Below are positions 12,184 to 23,900 of a stretch of 64,000 nucleotides of DNA, piece by piece. The stretch is from the NCBI GenBank assembly GCA_964016885.1, contig OZ024748.1, positions 30,628,001 to 30,692,000 on the forward strand, written 5' to 3'. Each line of letters opens with the position of its first letter. Positions within the stretch are counted from its first letter, which is position 1. The position numbers and the translations under genes were made by a program. The stretch is from Eledone cirrhosa. Its lineage: Eukaryota. The notes below the pieces were generated by a model. That model did not search any database. It was not told the DNA's origin and saw only the letters and a program-made list of their open reading frames with translations.

Positions 12184-13665
12184 TATAACGGGTTTTAGGG
12201 TCAATTCTTGGTATCATCATCATCATCATCATCAACGTTTAACGTCCGTGTTCCACGCTTGCATGGGTTTGGACGGGGGTAGTCCCACTTGAGGCAAGAG
12301 TGATTGTCTTGCTCGCATAGGACTGTCTGGCAGGTTTTCTACAGTTGGATGCCCTTCCTAACACCAACCACATTTACAGTGTGGGTCTGGGAGGTTTTTA
12401 CCGTGTTGCCTACACGGCCACATTACAGCGTGGACTGTGTGTTTTTTTGTCGTGACACCTACACGATCTCATTTGTTTCGGCCTCGATGGCGCGGCACCA
12501 ACATAACTTTACATAGAACGGGGTGGTGTGGATCGGGTGGGGGTGGTGGTTGTGGGACGGGGTGTATTTTGTTAGAGATGCCTACTGGCTGGAGTAGGTT
12601 TTACTATATATTTAGGTAAGGCGGGTCTTCTCTGTTACTGAGTACCGCCAAAGGTCTCGGTCCAGTGACATTGTCTTGGAGAGGTGTAAGTGTGTGATGT
12701 CGGAGTTTATCAGCTCGTCCCAGGTTTTTCTAGGTCTGCCTATTCCGTGACTACCGTCTATCTTTATTGCCCTGCACTTTGTTATACAGCTATCGACTTT
12801 CATGCGCATCACGTGTCCATACCAACGTAGCCTTCTCTCGAGTAAACAACATCTGATCCCTCTTATCTCTAATTTTTTCCTTAGTTCGTTTATGCTTTGC
12901 CGTTCACGTATATTACTGTTACACATCCAGCGGAGCATGCAAGCTTCGTTCCTCTCTAGTCTGCGTATATCCTCTGCACACAATGCCCAGGTCTCACTGC
13001 CATGCAGCATTGCTGTTCGTATGCAGGCATCGTACAACCTGCCTTTCATTTTTAGTGAGAACCCTTTAGCAGCTAATAGTGGTATAAGCTCTCTGAACTT
13101 TTTCCAACCAGTTCTGACTCTAGCTACAGTACTTTCAGAGCACCCTCCCCCACTGCTGATTTTATCGCCCAGGTAACGGAAGCTGTCCACTATTTCTATA
13201 GAACCCTCTGCGCAATTGAAAGAGCTAGTAGTTTGTGGGCACTTGCTGCTACTTATTGCACCAGAGCACCGGCCACATGTAAAATCTATGTTATATATAA
13301 TAGAAATCAGAAGGCATTTAGAACATTGACTAAATCCATTATCGATGTTGTAACTCTATTTATTAGTCGTACATGTTGAACGGATACATTAGGTACAGGT
13401 CGTATCTACATGTGTAGGATGTAGTTTGGTCCGCTTCATTGCAAGATGGAGATGTTGTTAGCAGCGATGAGTGTAGCCTGGTCTTGTCGATAAGAGAGGT
13501 GCGTGTAGACTAATGTCTCTCTTGGTCACCTCCGCTCACCTGGTGACGTAGTTCTGGACAGTCCAATTAGTGCACCGAAGGTTTCGATTGGCTCACACTT
13601 CAGCCAACTTACCTCCGTAATACCATTCCGCCGCAGAAGGAAAATACATTTCATTCACTGCTACA
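12184..13665 (-). repeat. 5' LTR, interrupted after 31 bp by an RTE LINE
   Basis: 12184-12214 and ~13295-13665 match the 3' LTR. Confidence 0.95.
12215..13292 (-). mobile_element. 5'-truncated RTE-clade LINE (family A) inserted in the LTR
   Basis: ORF DSFRYLG...[11 protein letters not shown]...GRPRKTW, 3' UTR, (GAT)n tail. Confidence 0.95.
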
Positions 13666-13669
13666 ATTA

Positions 13670-13935
13670 CTCTTGCAGTGATCTTGGAGAAATAGGTTCA
13701 GGTAGGCTGTATACATCTTATACATCGGGTTCTGGCATGCAATGGGTTGGTAGCTTTTTTGCACAGTGGGTGTCTTTGTTCTTGGCAACCAGTATTGTTT
13801 GTGCTAATGTCAACCATCCTGGTATATGTGCATCTCCCTTGAGAACTTGCTGATAGGGGTTGATAAGATACATCCAATAGAAAGTCAGTTTATTGTACCA
13901 GTAGCTAACAATCAAGTCTCTTCTTGGAGTTTTCC
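13670..13935 (-). mobile_element. 5' continuation of the same R4/Dong LINE, split by the Gypsy insertion
   Basis: PGWLTLAQTILVAKNKDT; removing the Gypsy element and one ATTA restores HCKSN-DIIPDEQA in frame. Confidence 0.85.
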
Positions 13936-15240
13936 TATCACAGTCTCAAGGGTATCATAATTTATTCTGTATTGGCCTGTCCTTCCCATAATGGTGCCAC
14001 CAAGTTCCACACTGCAGAGACGGTTGCGACGCTCAAAATATGGTCCTGCTGGGAGAAGGGTTTGGCATGGCCAACTAGCCTGTCTCTCCTCATAGTGGTG
14101 CCATGCGGAACTGAAGGTCTGCTGTGTGAAGGGTTCGGCATGGCCAACTGGCCTGTCGTATTGGTACCATCCAGATACACGTTGGTGTAATGAAGGGCAT
14201 TCAGCTGTAATATCCCCAGCCAAATTTACAGTCCTCATCGGTGCAAGGTATAGCATGGCCAATTCTGACCAGACTTGTCTTGACATGGATGACCCGTCTA
14301 ACCCATGCAAGCATGGAAAAATGAATGCTAAATAGTGATAATGATAATGGTATATATATATATATATACACACACATACATACATATGTACATACACACA
14401 AACACATATAGTAGAGATGACACAGGACCAAGACCTCTGGCATTACAAGTATGCCAAAAGACCGGTATTGACAATCCAACCCAGCCCACAACAGGATCGC
14501 CTAGTAACACAGCCCTACTATGAGCAAGGGATGGTGCAGCCAACTAGCCAGATCTCCCTCATAATGTGACCACCCAACTCCAAATTAAGGTCTGAAATAC
14601 AGTAACAGGCCCAACATGTGCAATGTACAGCATAGCCATCTGGCCTGACTTGGCTTATATCAAGACCACCTAGTAACACAGCTCCACTATGTGTAAGACT
14701 TGGTGTGGCCAACTGGTCAGACCTTCCTCATAGTGGCACCATCTGGCTCCCAAACTATAGTTCCGTTGTGAGCAGGGTACGGTGTGGCCAACTGGCCTGT
14801 CCCTCCTTATAACTGTGCCACACTGTAAATGTCGTTGGTGTTAGGAAGGGCATCCAGCTGTAAAAAACCCTAGCCAAATTACACTTCCGTCTAAGCAAAC
14901 TTATCCCATGATGTGGGCGACCCTCTAATCTATGCAAGCATGGAAAAATTGACATTAAAAGGTGATAAGAAAGAAAGACAAAATGAAAGAGAGAAAGAAA
15001 GAAAAAAAATAACTGAAAGAAACAGTTATTCTTTTTTCTTTCTTTCCTTCTTTTCTTCCTTTATCCTTTCAGTTATTGTTCAGCCATATGAAATGACTAA
15101 AAGCTCAAGTTCAATCTATGTTGAACCAATGGAGCCTGCATATGGTCTGTCAGCTAATAGTGGCAGCCGGATCTTACTCAAATCACACCATGAATCCTTT
15201 TAATAGCAGGGTTGGTGGATGGTCTCATACACCTCATATA

Positions 15241-15653
15241 TCTGAAGACTGTGTCTTTGGATTGCTTCTTCCCCCAACATATTCATATACTTTGTATATC
15301 TGAAGACTATGTCTTTGGATTGCTTCTTCCACCAACATATTCATATACTTCGTATATCTGAAGACTGTGTCTTTGGATTGCTTCTTCCACCAACATATTC
15401 ATATACTTTGTATATCTGAAGACTGTGTCTTTGGATTGCTTCTTCCACCAACATATTCATATACTTTGTATATCTGAAGACTATGTCTTTGGATTGCTTC
15501 TTCCACCAATATATTCATATACTTCATATATCTGAAGACTGTGTCTTTGGATTGCTTCTTCCACCAACATATTCATATACCTTGTACACCTGAAGACTGT
15601 GTCTTTGGATTGCTTCTTCCACCAACATATTCATATACCTCATACACCTGAAG
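15241..15653. repeat. 58-bp minisatellite, about 7 copies
   Basis: TCTGAAGACTGTGTCTTTGGATTGCTTCTTCCACCAACATATTCATATAC... recurring at 15241, 15299, 15357 and onward. Confidence 0.95.
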
Positions 15654-16222
15654 CTATATGAAAGAAAGCTAACAAACGATATTAACCACATGATAACCTG
15701 CCATCAACTGAGGAATATCTGTGTCAATATTCATTTCTTAACTATTTTGTTTCATTCCTTAACTATTTTCATTCCTTAACTATTTTGTTTCTAATGGAAG
15801 ACACTGCCTATGTCTTGAACTCTTTCATTACCATGTCTTATGAAAGACGTTGCTTATATCTTTAACCCTTTCATTACCATGTTTCTAATGATTTTGAAAA
15901 TAGATTTTTCAAATAATTTTGAAAATTGAGAATTTGAAGGGATTTAGTAATATAACTAACTTTTTCATTGTTAACTTGATGTTTGGAACAGAGTTTAAGA
16001 AAGGCTCTTACATAAAATTGTGATGGAAGGTTTTTAGATAAATATAAACACTATAAAATCAAACTGCTTTGTATTACCAAGGTTACTCTAAAATATCTGT
16101 TGACACATGTGTGCACACATACACACTCTCTCTCTCTCGCTTTTCTTACCCAACACTTTATTTGTTATCAAAACGGTTAACAGCTCTTCGTGTCTAACAT
16201 AGAATATTTTAATCTTTTCTAG

Positions 16223-16302
16223 GAATGGTCTCTCAGATATTTTGATTACCAACATGTCAGATACATCTGGGACATCAGACTGCAGTCTTTTAAAAAACTT
16301 GA
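16223..16302 (+). CDS. P5B ATPase exon ([26 protein letters not shown])
   Basis: ttttctag|GAA...GA|gtaaga; resembles the RYF..H.V.Y.W segment of the P5B N-terminal domain; phase 0 to 2. Confidence 0.85.
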
Positions 16303-17917
16303 GTAAGACAATATTATCATTATGTATATTATTTTATTTTAGAGAGTGGTGGATTCGCAGAATCGGTAGAGTGTCGGACAACATGCTTTGCAACATCTAG
16401 TTATGGCCATTTACATTCTGAGTTCAAATCCCGCCGAAGTTAACTTTGCCTTTCATCATTACGGGGTTGATAAAATAAAGCCCCAGTAAAGCACTGGGGT
16501 CGATTTAATCGACTTTTCCTTCCCTTCCCGCCAAATTATTTTACATAGGTAATAATCATAATAATGATTTCTGATTTAAGCACAAGGCCAACAATTTGGT
16601 GGGGGTGGGGACATTCAATTAAACTGAGCCCAGTGTGAATAATAAAAAAAATAATAATTGTTTCTACTTTAGGCACAAGGCCAGGAATTTGAGGGGCGGG
16701 GAAAGTCAATTAAATCAACTCCAGTGCATTACTGGTACTTTATTTTATTGATCCCATAAGTATGAAAGGCAAAGCTAACCTCGGCAGGATTTGAACTCAG
16801 AACGTAAAGGGCCATAACTCTATGCTGCAAAGTATGGTGTCTGACGATCTACCAATACTGTCAAAGGAAGAGGAAGAAGAAGAAATAAAGCATGCATCTG
16901 GGATAGACATACAACTACAACATACAACACCATACAACTACAACACCAACACCTACAACATACAACACCAACAACATACAACATACAACAACTACAGAAT
17001 TATTAAGCAGTTGTGGTCACTGAAAAAGGTGGTGGTAAAACCAATAATAGTTGGAGTCTTAAGAACAATGAGTAAAGATCTTGAGGAGTACATTAAACAA
17101 ATAGCGATTGCAATACGGATGGAACACTCGAAAAATAAGGGGTGTTACCTCAGTTCACTGATAGTGAACAGCTAACACTGTAATACATCTCCAGTGTTAG
17201 AAACTAAGCGAAGAAACAATAATAATAATAATAGAAATTTTTTCTTCTTTTAATTGTATATAAAGTATACACACAAACACACACATATACACATGCACAC
17301 ACATATACACATGCACACACACACATATACACATGCACACACACATGCCACACCACACCACATGTTGAAACTAGCTTCCTATCTACTACAGCTGGCTACC
17401 AAACTTGGCATCAAAACCTGTTTTTTTTTTTTGGAGAATCAAGAAAGCACTGAAGAATATTTAGTTACTTGTGTTTTCTAAAATATTTGAAGAAATTGTT
17501 TGAATTTTCAGCCTAGCTTCTTGGAATGTTTATTTTTGATTTTTTAAAAACATTAATCAAATTTTGGGTCAGTTTGGAAAATTGCCAAAAAGACGAAAAA
17601 GAAAAACAAGCAAATTACTTTGAAGTTTGAAGTTGTATATACAAGTGTTTCAATGCCATTTTCCCTGCTAAATAACTTCATACTCATCAAAGGGTACTTC
17701 TACCTCTGTATTTTTGAAAATAGCATATATTTTCACTAGCTCTGACAGTTTGGCAGGTGAACAGTGAGCTGTACTGATGAAGGGTGATACCCAGAAACAT
17801 TAGTGTCTGCAGTTCTGTTCACATGCCAGAATGAAGGGTTCATTCTACTGATATGGCTATAAAATTGAGGCTTGTTTGCAGAATTGCAAACGAATCGAAT
17901 ATTGTTATTAATATTCG

Positions 17918-17951
<34 letters not shown>

Positions 17952-20900
17952 TTATCATCATCATCACCGTTTTACATCACAGTTCTTCCACGCATGGGTT
18001 AGACGGGTTGTCCTGTTGTGTGCAGTGTCTGGTCGGCTGACCATGCCTTGCTCATACAGGAACTGATCTGGCTTGATTTCTACAGCTGGATGCCCTTCCT
18101 AACACCAACCTCATTTACAGTGAGTGCTGGGTGCTTTTTCGTGGCGCCTACACGTCCACTTTACAGTGTGGGCTGGGTGCTTTTTTGCCGTGGCACCTCC
18201 ACGACCACCTTGCGGTGGGGTGTGTGGGGGAATATTGTTTATATGCTTCAGCATGTACCCATGGGAGGTCGGGTACTCTGTATTACTGCGTGACGCCAGA
18301 AGTCACGGTCGTGTGTCATTGTCTTTGAGAGGTGTAATTGGGTAAGGTCGGCTTTTATCACCTCATCCCAGGTCATCTTGGGTCTCCCCACTCCGCGGTT
18401 TCCATCAACTTCTAGTGCTCTGCACCTTTTTATGCAGCTGTCATCCTTCATACGCATCACATGTCCATACCAGCGCAACTGCTGGTATGGACATATATAT
18501 ATATATGACTGCATTCTTTACAGTTTCTGTGTAACAAATAGTACTAGTTTTGTACTAAGATCTCATAAATGTACAAACTTCTCCAAACTAAGTAACTTCA
18601 TTGTTTTTTGTTGGATTTTCTTATTTTGTTGTTAAAAAATATTTCATGATGCTTTTTTCAACTATTTACCATTATTATTTTCTACTATTCTCTAGAGATC
18701 TCTCTACAAATATCTACTGTAAATCTATCCTTGAAGATTTCCATGGACTTACTAAAGAAGTACAAACACAGAAGTAAGCTTTCCACCATTCTTTTGCTTG
18801 TTATTCTAGAGGTTTTTCTATTTTAGTCTCCAGTCTACGTCTATTGGTTTCTTCCAAAATATTTTCAATGGGAAGCCATTCCTCCCCATCATCACCCTCC
18901 TCCTTCTCACCTGCCTCTACCCATTCATATTCTTCTCTCTCACCCCCCACACCTCCTCACACTCACCCCTCTCACCGTTCACCCCTCCCCCTCTCAGCCC
19001 TCCCCTCTCACTCCTCATCTCCCCTCACCTCCACTTCATCTTCCTCCCTCTCACCCCTCACCTCTCCCCTCCACCCACTCCCCCTCACACCCCATCCTCG
19101 ACCCTCTTCCCCATCTTCCTCCTCCTCTGGATTTTCGCACTTCTATCTACAGGCTTAAAATCCTCTAAATGAGAGTGATTAGTTTAATGGTTAACACACC
19201 CGCCCTGAATCCAAAGAGATGTTGAGATCCTTGTAGGCACCTCTGTCCATCTTTATCTGTCTCCAGGGTTGATTTACCTGATTCTCTCAACTATTATTTA
19301 GAGTCATCAACTATTGTTATAGTCATTTACGTTGGGATGACTACATTTCAGAGTTTCCCAATATTTCATAAGTCAACCAGATGTTTAAATTTCTAGTTTA
19401 AAAGCTTGAAATTTTCCAAAGTATGACAATTGTTGGTCAGGGATCCATTAGTGTAAATTCATGATCAATGCACTTGTCCAGCATGCAAGAGATTAAGGGT
19501 TTGATTCCTTAAAAGTGCCTTAGTCCACTTTAATTTCCATTTTCATGTCTGTATGTTTGACAAATTATTTAAAAAAATCTATTGCAAATTTTACTTTATC
19601 AGCTGCATTAATTCTATAGTTTTTTTCAATATATAACTTTCGGAAACATTTTTTCACGCTCAGAGTTGATGAAGCATGGAACAAACTACCTGCATCAGTT
19701 GTTAGCTGTCGAGACACTGCATCCTTTAAAACCTCCATGCTTCCTGAGATTCACCAACACTACACCTAATATTCCCCCTCCATACACACGCACACATATA
19801 TATCATGACTCATACACTATTCACTTCCCTGACATTTGTATATTATTCTATGTACTATACAAGCACCTTTGATGAGTTGTAGTGCACCTGAGCACTTTAC
19901 ACAATAATTTCATTATTATTATTATAATGACAGCTGTCACTTATTTGAAACAATCCATCGTTACCACTTCATTAACCATTCTGTTTGTGTTAAAAACATT
20001 TCCTGAAACAATTGGAACACAGCTGTTGTATTATTATTGGCAGCTGTTGACATTTTATTGGGCTACATTCACAGGAATGTAGAAGCAAGTAAAAATAAGT
20101 CCTTTTACTAAATCAAATGATAATGGGGATTATGTTACACACACACACACCCATACACACACACACCCATACACACACACACACATGTATGTAAAAGGTA
20201 AACAGAAATAACAACACAATCGGTACAGTATATGGAAGGTATATATTAGGTTAACGCTTGATATAGCAGGAAGAGGGTCTTAACGTTTCGGACGCTAGTC
20301 CTTCATCAGAAGAAAGAATGAGAAATAAGATAGATTAAGGAGATGGGCATGTTGGAATTGGAAAAAATGTCTTTAGATAAAAATAACAAGTCCATTCATG
20401 TTGACATCTCTTTCAAAATTGTTGGTGCTGGCGTTTTGTGTATGATGACAGGCGTCAACCTGAAACGGAAAAAAAAACGTTTTGTAAAAGGAGCTATACT
20501 TGAGCACATGCGTAAGCATGAGTTACTGTGTGTGTGTGTGCGTGTGTGTGTGTGTGTGTGTTATTATAGGTCCGTACGAAGCTAAGAAGAAATGTGTGTG
20601 TATATGTGAGTAAAAGTGTGTGTATGTAAGTACGAAGCTATGAGCAAAAGTATGTTAATATAAGGGTGTGTATCGGCATGTATTAGTAGTAAGGGAAGCT
20701 GCTAATGATCAAGAGAAAGCGATAGGAATCAAGGGGTGTGATAATGGACGGGGTATTAGAGAAATTAGGGAGGTGAGTTGAGTCCATGGCTAAATAGTGA
20801 GTCTTGTTACTCTGGAGTTTCACCTGGTTACTCACAGGATCAACATGACTGTGAATTAGCAAGTGAAACTCCAGAGTAGCAAGACTCACTATTTAGCCAT

Positions 20901-23900
20901 AATAAAATGGATATCTAAACTCTACTTTGGTATTGAGTATTCATTTCTCTTGCCTGTCAACTACATATGGATACATATCTGTGTATCAATGACGGAAGTA
21001 AGAAAAAGTACTCAATACTTAGTAGAGTATTTGAATATTCATTTAATATGGCTGAGTAATGAGTTTTGTACTCTGGAGTTTTACCTGCGCACAATCCTGC
21101 AAGTGTGCAGGTGAAACTCCAGAGTAACAAGGCTCACTACTTAGCCATATTGAGTGAGTATATATATATATATATATATTATTTTATTTCTAGAATCTTC
21201 CTCTCCTCACTCCCTCTCATTGTCTATATGCTTGAACCTTCTCACCCCCCCCCCACTTCTCTCCGCAAATATAAAATATACCCTGTAGGGTTCTAAGGCC
21301 AGCATTTATCTATCTAATCTCTCTTTACGGCCGAATTGTCGATTTCCATTTTTCGTAGTCCATTTAACCAGTGTCATTTAATCTGTTATTTATGTCTGTT
21401 TAGAATCTAATCTCTCTTTTTCTCTCGGATTTTCAATTAATATTTCACATGTTTTTAATAATATGCCTCATTCTGTTGGACCCTTCCTAAAAACTAACCT
21501 TATCCTAAAGTTACCCATTTCCTGCCCTCCCACCCCCACACACCACCATTGCTATTTGGTCCAATCATAACTCAGCAGTTTATAGTAAGTTCTCTTACCA
21601 ATCTGTATAGCAAAGCCACCACCTCAGTTATTACTCCTTAAGTTTAGACCTTATAGTCAGGACTAGACATACTCGACGACAGAGGAGGACTACCTTGAGA
21701 AGAATATGGAAGTTGAAGGACCCCACAGCCAGTGACAAATTTAAAAGCTTATTACTTGATGCTTTTGACAAGAGATGCTTTTGATATAGAGGAACAGTGG
21801 AAATTTTTGAAAGTCAACCAGCTGAAGGCAACAGATGAAATCTGTGGCTGGAGCAGACTTATAGGCAGGAGGAGAGTGATGTGGTGGTGGAACAGTAAGG
21901 TGGAGGAGTCAATCAAGGCCAAAAGGCAGACTTGGAAAGTATGTCGGGATGGAGGAAGTAGAGAACACTATCAAATGGCCAGGAGACAAGTGTACCTTTC
22001 AAGAAGGGAAACAGAGGATAGAAAGTTCAAGCATGTTCTACAACGTGAGGACCAAAAACGGGAAGTGTTCAGGATTGCTAGACAATGTATCATGGAAAAC
22101 CGTGATATTGTCGGGGAGAAGTGTGTCCGTAATGATAATGGTGTACTTGCCCTCACTGATACTGATAAGAAGGTAGCTTGGAAATGTCCCTATGAGAGAC
22201 TACTAAATGAGGAGAATAAATGGGAAAAAGATAGTCTGCACCAAATCGATCCAATAGAGGGACCAGCGGTGCAAGTTGGTTGTATAATAAGTAATGGCAA
22301 TCAAAGATATGAAGACAGGCAAGGCGGCTGGGCCTTCGGAAATAGTTGCTGAGATAGTTGCTTAGAAAGAATTATTATTATTATTAGGGTGGTGGTTTGG
22401 CAGTATCAGTAGAGGGTCTGACGCCATGCTTTGCAGCATAGAATTGCGCCCTTTACGATTTGAGTTCAAATCCCACCAATGTTAGCTTTGCCTTTCATCC
22501 ATACGGAGTCGATAAAATAAATCACCAGTAATGCACTGGTGTCAATTTAAACAATTATTGTTATTAGGGCAGTGGATTGGCAGAATCAGTAGAGCGTCAG
22601 ACAATGTTTTGTGGCATGGAATTACTTCCCTTTACATTTTGAGTTCAAATTCTGCTGAAGTTAGCTTTGCTTTTCGTCCTTACAGGGTTGATAAAATAAA
22701 AATACCACTAATGCACTGGGGTTGATTTAATTGATTTTCCCTCGCCCCTAAAATTGTTGGCTTTGTGCCTAAATTAGAAATGATTATTATTATTTATTCA
22801 TTCATTCTTTCCATAACAGACGTCAGATCTATGGCAGCAATGACATCATTATTGAGGTGAAGTCTTACTGGAAACTTCTTATATATGAGGTAGGATCACC
22901 CTTTAACTGTCTTCCTTTCATTCGTTCCTTCTTTCTTTCATTTTTTCTTTGTTTCTTTTGTTCTGTTTATTTATGAACCTCAAATATTTAGCATTATTAT
23001 TGCTATTTTCAGTGGGCTGAAATGACTGAAGACAGATTCCTCTTTGGCCAAGCCCTCATCAATTTTATCAAGTTTCACTTGGAATGGAAGGTTAGGGTGG
23101 AGAGGGAAATGTTTCCCCCACACCATTTTTGTTAAAAAATAGGGGAAATGTAGCAAGAATGGGTCCAGTAAATGGGCCTAATCTAAGCATCCACCTGTAA
23201 GCTGAAAATAGTAAAGAGGTAAGGGGCATTTGGCTGGGGTGGTCTTGGATATGTGATGTTCCTTAATCACTCTTGGATGGTGCCCACAAATATTGGGGAG
23301 TTCTGTTGTTATTAATTTGCTGTTGTTTTTTCTTTCTCTCTTTGCACACTTATATGTAAATCATCATTGTTCCTGTTTAGTGTCCTTGATGTTTTGGGGC
23401 CCCTGTAGCCAATAAAAGAAATTATTATTATTAGGGCAGTGGAGTGGCAGAATCGGTAGAGCATCAGACAACATGCTTAGCGGCTTAGAGTTATGGCCCT
23501 TTACGTTCTGAGTTCAAATCCTGCCGAGGTTAGCTTTGGCTTTCATCCTTATGCGGGTTGATAAAATAAAGTACCAGTAACAAACTAGGGTCGATTTAAT
23601 TGACTCCTCCCCCCTCCCCAAGTTGTTGGCCTTGTGCGTAAATCAGAAATCATTATTATTATTATTGTTGTTGTTATTTTTCCATAGGTTCTCAATCCAT
23701 TTTATATCTTCCAAATAGCCAGCATCATTCTATGGTCTATAGATGTCTACTACTATTATGCTGGTTGTATTTTCTTCATTTCCTGTGTTTCTATCAGTAT
23801 CTCCTTGTATGAAACCCACAAGGTAAGTGTATTAACTCTTAATGTCCTATATTGTGGGAAACTACATGAACATGACATTCTATCCATTAGTAAAATTACT

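Larger units (their letters stand above)
6870..13665 (-). mobile_element. Full-length Gypsy/Ty3 LTR retrotransposon
   Basis: Paired LTRs, ATTA TSD (6866-6869 and 13666-13669), PBS, PPT, gag and PR-RT-RH-IN order. Confidence 0.97.

Noticed and set aside
15241-15653. CRISPR-like array or tandem hammerheads (each unit begins CTGAAGA)
   Set aside because: Units are contiguous and near-identical with no unique spacers; no GAAA or stems follow; eukaryotic context with no cas genes
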